From a bacterium (GTDB taxonomy: Bacteria; Ratteibacteria; UBA8468; B48-G9; JAFGKM01), in NCBI GenBank assembly GCA_026414725.1, contig JAOAIL010000002.1, forward strand, positions 24,223-88,222: a stretch of 64,000 nt of DNA. Direction: 5' to 3'. Every line of letters begins with the position of its first letter. Within the stretch, counting starts at the first letter, position 1. The position numbers and the translations under genes were made by a program. This document shows positions 35,314-43,484 of this stretch, piece by piece. The notes below the pieces were generated by a model that did not search any database, was not told where the DNA came from, and worked only from the letters and a program-made list of their open reading frames with translations.

Positions 35314-35929
35314 AAAACACAAAAGAATAGGAATATTAGGAGGGTCTTTTGACCCAATACATATAGGACATCTGATCATTGCAGAGAAAGCGAGAGAGGA
35401 ATTTTCTTTAGAAAAAATAATTTTTATTCCTGCTGGTATACCACCTCATAAAAGGAAAACATTTACACCTGCCCAGCACCGACTTGAAATGATAAAAATT
35501 GCTTTAGAAAATAATAAATTTTTTGATGTAGATGATATAGAAATACGAAAAAATGGACCTTCGTATACATACAATACTATTTTATATTTGAAATCAAAAA
35601 ATCCTGACACAGAAATTTTCTTTATCACAGGGGAAGATATTTTTTACGAATTAACAACATGGTATAGATACAGAGACCTCGTAAAAAATGTTATTTTCCT
35701 CGTTGCCCCACGAAAAGAGAAAAGAAAAAAAATTCTAAAAATACCCTATCTGAAGTATAAATTTATCCATTCTCCTCTAATTGATATTTCCTCTTCATAT
35801 ATAAGGTATTGCCTTGTTAAAAATGAGAGTGTAAAATATTTAGTTCCAGAGAACGTAATTAAGTATATAAGGAGCCATAAACTCTATGAAAATAGAAGAA
35901 TTAAGAGAGAAAATAAAAGAGGTAAATGA
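35288..35929 (+). CDS. nadD: nicotinate-nucleotide adenylyltransferase
   Basis: 213 aa. GGSFDPIHIGH (H/T)xGH motif. True start may be a few codons downstream of 35288. Confidence 0.85.
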   Translation: MVMGKSDSKKHKRIGILGGSFDPIHIGHLIIAEKAREEFSLEKIIFIPAGIPPHKRKTFTPAQHRLEMIKIALENNKFFDVDDIEIRKNGPSYTYNTILYLKSKNPDTEIFFITGEDIFYELTTWYRYRDLVKNVIFLVAPRKEKRKKILKIPYLKYKFIHSPLIDISSSYIRYCLVKNESVKYLVPENVIKYIRSHKLYENRRIKRENKRGK

Positions 35930-36911
35930 AAAAGCCGAAAGGGAACTGACTACTATCAGAGAAGATGACGAACTTGAAAGATGGAAGATAACTTATCTCG
36001 GAAGAAAAGGAATAATTAATAATCTTTTCGCTCTACTTCCACAGATTGGTTATGAAAGTAAGAAAGAAGCAGGAATGTTGATAAATAACTTAAAAAATAA
36101 ACTCAATAATGTCTATGAAGAAAAAAAGATTAACACACACACGGTAAAAAAAAGTAAAATTAATCTTTCCTTCCCTGGAAAAATACCTGAAACAGGTTCT
36201 TTACATCCAATCACTATTATATCCAGAGAAATAACTGAGATATTTATAAAGATGGGATTTGGAGTCGTCACAGGACCTGAAATTGAAACTGACTATTATA
36301 ATTTTGAAGCACTAAACATTCCTGCGGAACATCCATCAAAGGATGTATGGGATACTTTCTATATTAATGAAAAAGAAAAAATTCTTTTAAGAACACATAC
36401 AAGTCCTGTACAGATACGAGTTATGGAAAAAACCCAGCCTCCTTTTAGAGTTATTGCTATAGGTAAATGCTTCAGAAGAGACGATATTGACGCTACACAC
36501 AGCCCTGTATTTCATCAGATAGAAGGACTGATGGTTGATAGAAATATAAACTTTACCCATCTTAAGGGTATTTTAACCCATTTTATAACGGAGATGTTTG
36601 GAAGTGATGTAAAAGTAAAATTTACTCCTTCCTTTTTCCCCTTTACAGAACCGAGTGCTGAGGTAAGTATATCCTGTAATATATGTAAAGGAAATGGATG
36701 TTCAACATGTCATAATGCTGGTTATATAGAAATACTCGGATGTGGAATGGTTCATCCTCAGGTATTCAGAAATGTTGGTTATAACACCGATGAATTCACC
36801 GGTTTTGCCTTTGGAATGGGAATTGAACGCTTAGCAATAATAAAATTTGGTATAACTGACATAAGATATTTTTTCCAAAACGACTTACGGGTTTTGAAAC
36901 AGTTCGACTGA
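35886..36911 (+). CDS. pheS: phenylalanine--tRNA ligase alpha subunit
   Basis: 341 aa. Class II aaRS motifs 2 and 3 (FRRDDIDATH, GFAFGMGIERL). Confidence 0.9.
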   Translation: MKIEELREKIKEVNEKAERELTTIREDDELERWKITYLGRKGIINNLFALLPQIGYESKKEAGMLINNLKNKLNNVYEEKKINTHTVKKSKINLSFPGKIPETGSLHPITIISREITEIFIKMGFGVVTGPEIETDYYNFEALNIPAEHPSKDVWDTFYINEKEKILLRTHTSPVQIRVMEKTQPPFRVIAIGKCFRRDDIDATHSPVFHQIEGLMVDRNINFTHLKGILTHFITEMFGSDVKVKFTPSFFPFTEPSAEVSISCNICKGNGCSTCHNAGYIEILGCGMVHPQVFRNVGYNTDEFTGFAFGMGIERLAIIKFGITDIRYFFQNDLRVLKQFD

Positions 36912-36962
36912 TATTGACAAATACTATATGAATCTGTGTAATTATCTAATCTTGGAGTAGGT

Positions 36963-38960
36963 ATGAGATACTCTTACAAATTAATAAGTGAATATATTGA
37001 TGGAGAAATCTCTCCAGATAAATTAATTTATTATCTGGAGATTCTCGGTTTAAACCCTCTGGAAATAGAACGAAGTGAAGACGACGTTATCTTTGAACTT
37101 GAAACTCCAGCCAACAGAGGTGATCTACTAAGTTTAATTGGTATAGCGAGAGAAATCGTGCCATTTACTGATAGTTCTATTAAAATACCTCATTCAATAT
37201 TTGAAGAGACCTCTAAAAAAAGTATACCTGTGAAAATTGAAAGTGAAAATGATTGTTTCTATTATTCCTGTCGTGTCATAGAGAACGTTTCTGTAAAACA
37301 AACAGATAAAACCTTAAAAGATAAAATAGAAAAACTTGGATATAGAACCTGTTTTAATGTGGTTGATATATCAAATTATGTAATGGCAGAAACAGGACAG
37401 CCACTGCATATATTTGACCTTGATAAAATAGAGGGAAATATAGAGATAAGGAGAGCCAGAAAGGACGAATATTTAGTTACAATTGATGGTAAAAAAAGAA
37501 CTTTAGATGAGAATATTCTTGTAATAGCAGATTCACACAAAGTCATTGCTATTGCAGGAATAATGGGTGGACAAAATTCTGAGGTTAATATTAACACAAA
37601 AAATATCCTGATAGAAAGTGCACTTTTCAGTCCAGTAGTTGTGAGAAGGGGGAGTAAAAGAATGGGACTTATTACAGAAGCATCAGCAAGATTTGAAAGA
37701 GGTATATCAAAAGATATTTGCAAGATGGGAATGTCAAGGGCTACCTTTCTTATAAAAAAGATATGTAAAGGTAATATAGGTCCTCTATCCGAATCCAGTG
37801 ATAAAAAAATTTCATTACCAGATATAAAGTTTGATATGGAAAAAATGAATAAACTTGCTGGAATTGAAATTGAAGAAAACTTCGTTATTGATTTGTTGAC
37901 TTCTCTCGGTTTCAAATATAAGAAAGATAAAAAATTTTTCGTTGTAAATCCCCCTTCTTTCAGAAACGATATCAAAGAAGACATTGATATAATTGAAGAC
38001 GTTATTAAATACAAACGGTTTGAAACATTTCCCTCTCGTATTCCTTATGCTTCTATACAAGCAACATCTTCCTCCCCTGAAATAGAAAAATTAGAAAAGA
38101 TACGGGATATATGTATACATCTGGGCTTCACAGAGGTAATCCATATGGGACTTACATCTAAAGAGAATATTGAGTTGAGTGAAAAAGTAACACCTGTAGA
38201 AATAGAAAATCCCATATCTTCAAACCTTAAATTTCTACGGACAAGTTTGATACCTGAAATGCTTGAAACAATAAAATTTAATATCTATCATGGAGCAGAA
38301 AGTTTCAATCTTTTTGAAATAGGTAAAATATATTACAAGAAAGAGTCTTCTTTCAAAGAAGAGCTCAGAATTGCTTTTATAAGTGTAAATTCAGGAGATT
38401 TCTTCACCCTTAAGGGAAAATTGGAAAAGTTTTTAAACAAACTTCATATAAATAATATAGAATTTAAAAGAGAAGAGGGATTGTTCTCAATAGAAAACAA
38501 TCTTGAAATCTATCTTGATGGTATATCCATAGGAAATCTCTTCATTCTTTCAGACAAACTCAGGGATAAATTTGACCTTAAAAATGAAGTATATGGTGGT
38601 GAAATAAATTTAGAAAGTATAATGGGAAAGGTATGTTTCAAAACTTTTTTCAAAGAGCCAGCCAGATATCCTTCTTCACGTAGGGACTTTTCATTTATCT
38701 TCCATAAAGATATAGAATGGAAAGAAATAGAAAATACCATATTATCTTTAAACCTCCCAGTTGAAAAAATAGAATTTTTTGATTTATATAGAGATAACAA
38801 TATGTCAAAAGATAGTATAAGCATAAGTTTCTCTGTGTTTTTCAGGTCTGCCACAGAAACACTGGCAAATGAAGACATTGTGAATTTTTCAAGAAAAATT
38901 ATAGAGAATATCTCTTTGAAACTTAAGGGACAATTGAGAGGTGCAGGTGGAGAAACTTGA
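36963..38960 (+). CDS. pheT: phenylalanine--tRNA ligase beta subunit (short form)
   Basis: 665 aa. B3/B4 and B5 domains, C-terminal FDX-ACB-like region. Directly downstream of pheS. Confidence 0.85.
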   Translation: MRYSYKLISEYIDGEISPDKLIYYLEILGLNPLEIERSEDDVIFELETPANRGDLLSLIGIAREIVPFTDSSIKIPHSIFEETSKKSIPVKIESENDCFYYSCRVIENVSVKQTDKTLKDKIEKLGYRTCFNVVDISNYVMAETGQPLHIFDLDKIEGNIEIRRARKDEYLVTIDGKKRTLDENILVIADSHKVIAIAGIMGGQNSEVNINTKNILIESALFSPVVVRRGSKRMGLITEASARFERGISKDICKMGMSRATFLIKKICKGNIGPLSESSDKKISLPDIKFDMEKMNKLAGIEIEENFVIDLLTSLGFKYKKDKKFFVVNPPSFRNDIKEDIDIIEDVIKYKRFETFPSRIPYASIQATSSSPEIEKLEKIRDICIHLGFTEVIHMGLTSKENIELSEKVTPVEIENPISSNLKFLRTSLIPEMLETIKFNIYHGAESFNLFEIGKIYYKKESSFKEELRIAFISVNSGDFFTLKGKLEKFLNKLHINNIEFKREEGLFSIENNLEIYLDGISIGNLFILSDKLRDKFDLKNEVYGGEINLESIMGKVCFKTFFKEPARYPSSRRDFSFIFHKDIEWKEIENTILSLNLPVEKIEFFDLYRDNNMSKDSISISFSVFFRSATETLANEDIVNFSRKIIENISLKLKGQLRGAGGET

Positions 38961-39255
38961 AATTCTCGGCAAAAAATATAAGATACAGTCAGATATTGCA
39001 TCTGAAGAGATTATAAAGATGCATAGCGAAATTGTGAAACGATTAAAGGACCTCTCTTCTGAATATCCAACATTAGATAAAATAGATATTCTTGTTCTGT
39101 ATGTAATTGAATTAAAAAAAGAGATAATTGACAAAGAAAAACAGATTCAAAAGGGAAAGAACAAACTGGAAAGTATAAGTAAAAAAATTTCCCTGATTGA
39201 AGAAAAAATTAAAGAGAATATAAAAAATCTTGACAGATTTAGGAAGGTATTATAA
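38941..39255 (+). CDS. zapA: cell division protein ZapA-like
   Basis: 104 aa. VEILGKKYKIQSD N-terminal beta-region plus C-terminal coiled coil. Conserved position downstream of pheT. Confidence 0.5.
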   Translation: MQVEKLEILGKKYKIQSDIASEEIIKMHSEIVKRLKDLSSEYPTLDKIDILVLYVIELKKEIIDKEKQIQKGKNKLESISKKISLIEEKIKENIKNLDRFRKVL

Positions 39256-39291
39256 AATTTGAATTCTGAGATGTTATATAGAATAAATAAT

Positions 39292-39363
39292 TGCGGGGTG
39301 GAGCAGTGGTAGCTCGCCAGGCCCATAACCTGGAGGTCGACCGTTCAAATCGGTCCCCCGCAA
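39292..39363 (+). tRNA. tRNA-Met (CAU), initiator-like
   Basis: Near-identity to the bacterial tRNA-fMet scaffold (TGCGGGGTGGAGCAGTGGTAGCTCG...GGTCGACCGTTCAAATCGGTCCCCCGCAA). Anticodon loop CCCATAA (C33). Weak U1:A72 end pair. No encoded CCA. Confidence 0.75.
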
Positions 39364-39394
39364 CTATAAAGGTGTTAATTTAAAAGGAGTAATT

Positions 39395-41119
39395 GTGATA
39401 AAGGGTAGTAGAAAAGCACTATCTATTGATATCGGAAGTACTAAAATCAGAGTGTGCGATTTGGAAATCTCCAGCCATGGACCAATTATCTCCTATTACG
39501 ATGAAATGGACATCCCTGTTTCTCCTGCAGAAAGAGAAGAATTTATAAGTACTGAAGCAAAAAACTTTATAAAAAATCAACATGCAAAATCATTTTATGT
39601 ATCACTACCTGGAAGAGGTGTACTTGTTAGAAGTTTAACTGTACCTAAAGTTCCATTAAAAAAACTGAAAGATATACTTAAGTATGAAGTGCAACAACAG
39701 ATACCTTTCCCTCTGGAAATGGTAGAGTGGAAATTTCAAATTATAAGTGAAACCGCACAGAGCTATAATGTTTTATTAGGGGCAGTCAAGAAAGATATTA
39801 TAAGTGATTTCCTATCCAGGTTGATTACCTTTGGTATAGACCCTTTATTTCTCGATGTAGACCACTTTGCTCTCCTTAATATTTTTATGTCCTCACCAAA
39901 ATTTTCTCCCGAGAAATGTCAAGCAATTCTTGAGGTGGGTGCCACTTCTTCTAACTTTATTATTATTTACCGCGAAAAAATGCTCATACGTTCACTTACT
40001 ACATCAGGAGATACAATAACAAATGCTATATCTGAATCAGAATCAATCTCTTATGCTGAAGCAGAAGGGAAAAAAATCACAGGCAATATACAAATTCCTG
40101 GGGTTAAAACAAGTATTGAAAGTTTACATACAGAAATACAAAATTCTATTGACTACTGGAGATTTACTCAGAAAGGGCCTGAATTGGAAGAACTATATCT
40201 ATGCGGCAGAGGTGTTCTCTTAAAAGGATTTAAGGACTTCCTTCAGGAAAAATCTAGAATACCCACATTTTACTTTAATGTACTTTCTGGTATAGAGGTT
40301 GATGAAGAATATACTAAACTTCGCTCTTCAGAAACAGAACTTACTATCTTATTAGGCATTGCTTTAAGAAAAATCAGGAAAACAACGGTAAATATTGACC
40401 TGCTTCCTGAAGAAGTAGAAAGGGTTCGTGAATTTAGATATAACCGACCTTATATTTATCTATCCGCTGTTATGGCAGGTCTCATAGCAATTACTCCAAC
40501 TCTTTTTTTCAACCAAGAGAAATCAATGTTAAAAGGTATACTTACCGAAATGGATGTTTCTCTAAAACAGTATGAAAAGTATAAACCTGAGGTAGATAAA
40601 TTAAAAGGAGAGATAGCAGGAATAAAAGGACAGGTAGAAATTATAGAAAAAATTATTAATGAAAAGGATATCTGGTTAAGACGTATTGTAACACTGGGTA
40701 GTGCTCTTCCAAATAGTAGAATATATATCGTTTCTTTTATACCTGGACAGGGAGCAGGTGCACCTGCATCAACGCCACAGGAAACACCAGCTGCACCACC
40801 GGGACCGCAACCGGGACCACCCACACCACCTGGAGTTCCTCCACCAGGACCTCCTTCTGCACCAGCGCCTGTTCCAGAAGCAGTCGCGCGGAGTGCGGAA
40901 CAACAGCCAGCAGTTGATATAAAAATAGAAGAAGAGAAAGTATTTACTTTAAATGGAGAAGTAATAGTAACAGATATAAAGACAGCATTCAGTGATTTTA
41001 GAACATTTGTGACTAAACTGTCTGAACTTGATTTTATAAAATCGGTTAATATAAGTTCCTGTGAAGTTAGTCAAACAAAAGATAAACTTCAATTTTCTTT
41101 ACTGGTAGAAATCAAATGA
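39395..41119 (+). CDS. type IV pilus / T2SS inner-membrane assembly protein: PilM-like actin-fold ATPase domain fused to a PilN-like TM/periplasmic domain (GspL-equivalent)
   Basis: 574 aa. N-terminus LSIDIGSTKIRVCDLE (PilM/FtsA-type). Then NIDLLPEEVERVREF with a TM helix (PilN-type). A 55-aa Pro-rich linker follows, then the periplasmic domain. Confidence 0.65.
   Translation: MIKGSRKALSIDIGSTKIRVCDLEISSHGPIISYYDEMDIPVSPAEREEFISTEAKNFIKNQHAKSFYVSLPGRGVLVRSLTVPKVPLKKLKDILKYEVQQQIPFPLEMVEWKFQIISETAQSYNVLLGAVKKDIISDFLSRLITFGIDPLFLDVDHFALLNIFMSSPKFSPEKCQAILEVGATSSNFIIIYREKMLIRSLTTSGDTITNAISESESISYAEAEGKKITGNIQIPGVKTSIESLHTEIQNSIDYWRFTQKGPELEELYLCGRGVLLKGFKDFLQEKSRIPTFYFNVLSGIEVDEEYTKLRSSETELTILLGIALRKIRKTTVNIDLLPEEVERVREFRYNRPYIYLSAVMAGLIAITPTLFFNQEKSMLKGILTEMDVSLKQYEKYKPEVDKLKGEIAGIKGQVEIIEKIINEKDIWLRRIVTLGSALPNSRIYIVSFIPGQGAGAPASTPQETPAAPPGPQPGPPTPPGVPPPGPPSAPAPVPEAVARSAEQQPAVDIKIEEEKVFTLNGEVIVTDIKTAFSDFRTFVTKLSELDFIKSVNISSCEVSQTKDKLQFSLLVEIK
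40741..40920 (+). repeat. GC-rich low-complexity segment encoding a Pro/Ala/Gly linker (PGPQPGPPTPPGVPPPGPPSAPAPVP)
   Basis: Compositional island inside the PilM-N ORF. It is also the source of the spurious antisense ORF 40456..40824. Confidence 0.6.
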
Positions 41120-41871
41120 AAAAGATAAAAAGTTTTTTAAAAAAATTTTCGCTTTTACTTTCTCTAATAGTAGTGATAGGCATAATGGTAGCAGGATATT
41201 TTTTGACAAAAAAGACACGGATGGAGATAAAGAAATTAGAAGAAGAAATAAAAACCAAATATTCTCAGATAAATGCCTATGAAACAGGAAAGGAAGAAGC
41301 ACCCTCTCCTGAACTGATAGCAAAACTAACAAAAGAAAAAACATATCTTGAAAAGAAGTTCAATTTCTTTTTAAACAATTTTTCCACTACATATCCTGTG
41401 GTCCCAGAGTTTACACTTTATCCATCAATTGAATACAAAGAATTTCTTTATTTCTCCCAGGACCGTCTTTATAAAAAGGCAGAGAAGAGAAATGTTTTAT
41501 TGCCCGGTTCTCTCGGCTTTCAAACAACAGGACTTGTTCCTCCTGAACAGATTCCAAAATTAGCATTACAGTTTGAAGTAGTAAAGGATTTAATAGGACT
41601 TATCATTGATGCAGGAGTAACCTATGTAGAAAATATATCCCCGGGAGAACCTCAACAGGTAGCATTCTATCAAGTATTACCTATAAAATTAGGAATAAAA
41701 GGTACAAGTAATGAAGTTATGAGATTCCTTAAATATATCGAAAATCCTTCTTCTTATTTCTTATTAAAAAATTTTTCTGTAACAAAAGAAAACGAAGGTT
41801 TATTTAAAATATCAGCAGGACTTAACGCTGTAATTATAAAGAAACAAGGAACAAAAGAATCTGAAGGATAA
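41116..41871 (+). CDS. PilO/GspM-like bitopic inner-membrane protein
   Basis: 251 aa. Short cytoplasmic N-terminus, one TM, coiled coil, then a periplasmic alpha/beta domain. Position immediately after the PilM-N gene. Start overlaps (ATGA). Confidence 0.5.
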   Translation: MKKIKSFLKKFSLLLSLIVVIGIMVAGYFLTKKTRMEIKKLEEEIKTKYSQINAYETGKEEAPSPELIAKLTKEKTYLEKKFNFFLNNFSTTYPVVPEFTLYPSIEYKEFLYFSQDRLYKKAEKRNVLLPGSLGFQTTGLVPPEQIPKLALQFEVVKDLIGLIIDAGVTYVENISPGEPQQVAFYQVLPIKLGIKGTSNEVMRFLKYIENPSSYFLLKNFSVTKENEGLFKISAGLNAVIIKKQGTKESEG

Positions 41872-41875
41872 GAGA

Positions 41876-43426
41876 ATGGAAGAAAAGAAAAGAAAAGCTG
41901 ATATTATAAGAGAAGAAAAGAAAAAACAATTGCTGAATTTTATTGAGAAAAAGAAAACAAAAATTATGCCTTCTGAAAAGACAATACCCCCTATTCTCAA
42001 TAGTAATCCAGAATCAATACCTCCAGTCAATAAAGAAGCGATTCCTAAAGAAATAGAGAAAACACATATGGAAGGGAGCAACAGACGGAAAAAGAGAAGA
42101 GATAAACTTCAAGAAATAAAAGAGATAAGAGAAGAGATAAAAAAGAAACGTGCATTAGCCATTCTGGAAAAGAAACAGAAAAAAGACGAAGAAAGAAAAA
42201 AAAGAAAGGAAGAGATACAACAGAAAAAATTAGAGGCACTTAAAAAGAGAGAAGAGAGTAGGCAAAAAGAAGAAAGAAAGAAAAGCACCTCCACTTTAAC
42301 TCCTTCTGTAACAAATTCCAATCAAACAACAAGGAAAGAGGAACTTCTTGAATTTATCAAGAGAAGAAAACTTCTTTATGAGCAGAATAAGGGACGAAAG
42401 GAAATATTAAAACAGGCAGAAGAGAAGAAAGAAATTCCAGGGTATATAAAAGATTTAGAGACACCTTTACCTGCTGCTATTACTGCAAAAATTTCTGCTC
42501 TTTCCAGAGAAGCAAAGCAGACAGAAAAAGAAGCACAGAATAATCTCTCTTTTGCATCAGGAAATATAAAGCATTTTATCTCTTCATCTATAAGAAAGAA
42601 GAAAGAAACAAAGGTTGAAAAACCTGCTCCTTCTATAAATGATAAAAAAACCACAGTTAAATATAAAGAACCATTCCTTTTAATACCATTTATAAGAAGA
42701 AATATATTTAAATTTGTTTTTCTTATCCTCTTAATAGCATGGATCTATGAGATATTCTTTTTTATAGAGAGATTTCAGGACCCACAGAAACGTCTGTCAG
42801 ATATAGTCGGAGAAGACGTATCTAAAGAAAAAACAGCTCCTATTTCTCGTACTGAGGAGAAAATCCCTTTAACTGAAGAGGAGTTTAAGTTTGCATTAAA
42901 GAAAGAAAAGATAGATATAGAAGGAAAAAGAGACCCATTTTCACCAGGACTCTTAACTATGCAGGTTTTTGAAAAACCAGAGATTACACGTATATCTCTC
43001 GCTCCAAAACCATCTGTAATATCTATATTAAGGCCTTCAAAGGTTGTCAGTGTAATTAAGGAAGAGAAGAAAATGGAGGCAGAAAAATTAAGTTCTATCT
43101 CTAAACCACAACCCCCATCTTATAAACCTATTCTAAAAGATAAGGAGTCCCAGATACAACCTATTCTTAGAGATAAGGGACCATCTCAAATACAACCGGT
43201 AGAAAAACCGGCGGAATCTCTTATTATGCCAGAAAAAAGATGTGACTTAACATACAGAGGACGGTTAGTGATAGAAGGTGTTGAATATCTGTTTATAGAA
43301 GGTAAAAATAAAACATACAGAGTGACAATTGGCGATGTGGTTGAGGGCTTCAGAATCATAAGAAAAGAAAAGGATAAACTCTATCTTTCAAAAGAAGGAA
43401 TTATATACGAAATACCCGTTGATTGA
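41876..43426 (+). CDS. PilP/GspC-like protein with ~270-aa Lys/Glu/Arg-rich cytoplasmic N-terminal extension
   Basis: 516 aa. Highly charged low-complexity N-terminal half, a single TM (FKFVFLILLIAWIYEIFFFI), a periplasmic linker, and a C-terminal small beta-domain (YRVTIGDVVEGFRIIRKEKDKLYL) resembling PilP/GspC HR domains. Confidence 0.45.
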   Translation: MEEKKRKADIIREEKKKQLLNFIEKKKTKIMPSEKTIPPILNSNPESIPPVNKEAIPKEIEKTHMEGSNRRKKRRDKLQEIKEIREEIKKKRALAILEKKQKKDEERKKRKEEIQQKKLEALKKREESRQKEERKKSTSTLTPSVTNSNQTTRKEELLEFIKRRKLLYEQNKGRKEILKQAEEKKEIPGYIKDLETPLPAAITAKISALSREAKQTEKEAQNNLSFASGNIKHFISSSIRKKKETKVEKPAPSINDKKTTVKYKEPFLLIPFIRRNIFKFVFLILLIAWIYEIFFFIERFQDPQKRLSDIVGEDVSKEKTAPISRTEEKIPLTEEEFKFALKKEKIDIEGKRDPFSPGLLTMQVFEKPEITRISLAPKPSVISILRPSKVVSVIKEEKKMEAEKLSSISKPQPPSYKPILKDKESQIQPILRDKGPSQIQPVEKPAESLIMPEKRCDLTYRGRLVIEGVEYLFIEGKNKTYRVTIGDVVEGFRIIRKEKDKLYLSKEGIIYEIPVD

Positions 43427-43484
43427 TAAGCAAAAACTTGATTTTAATAATTATAAGAGGTATTATATTTAACAGGGGGAAAAG

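Noticed and set aside
37376-38014. 212-aa minus-strand ORF inside pheT
   Set aside because: Antisense shadow ORF of an AT-rich gene. Ile/Ser/Leu-rich low-complexity translation.
40456-40824. 122-aa minus-strand ORF rich in Gly/Pro/Ala
   Set aside because: Artefact of the GC-rich Pro-linker-coding island inside the PilM-N gene.
39395-41119. Possibility that the PilM-like and PilN-like parts are two genes joined by a sequencing error
   Set aside because: No stop or obvious homopolymer frameshift site is visible at the junction (around 40380-40450) and the frame is continuous for 574 codons. This still needs read-level confirmation, so I keep it as a finding.
41876-42690. Lys/Glu-rich repeats considered as a possible non-coding repeat region or degenerate IS
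   Set aside because: They maintain a single long reading frame continuous with a TM helix and a folded C-terminal domain, so they are coding low complexity.
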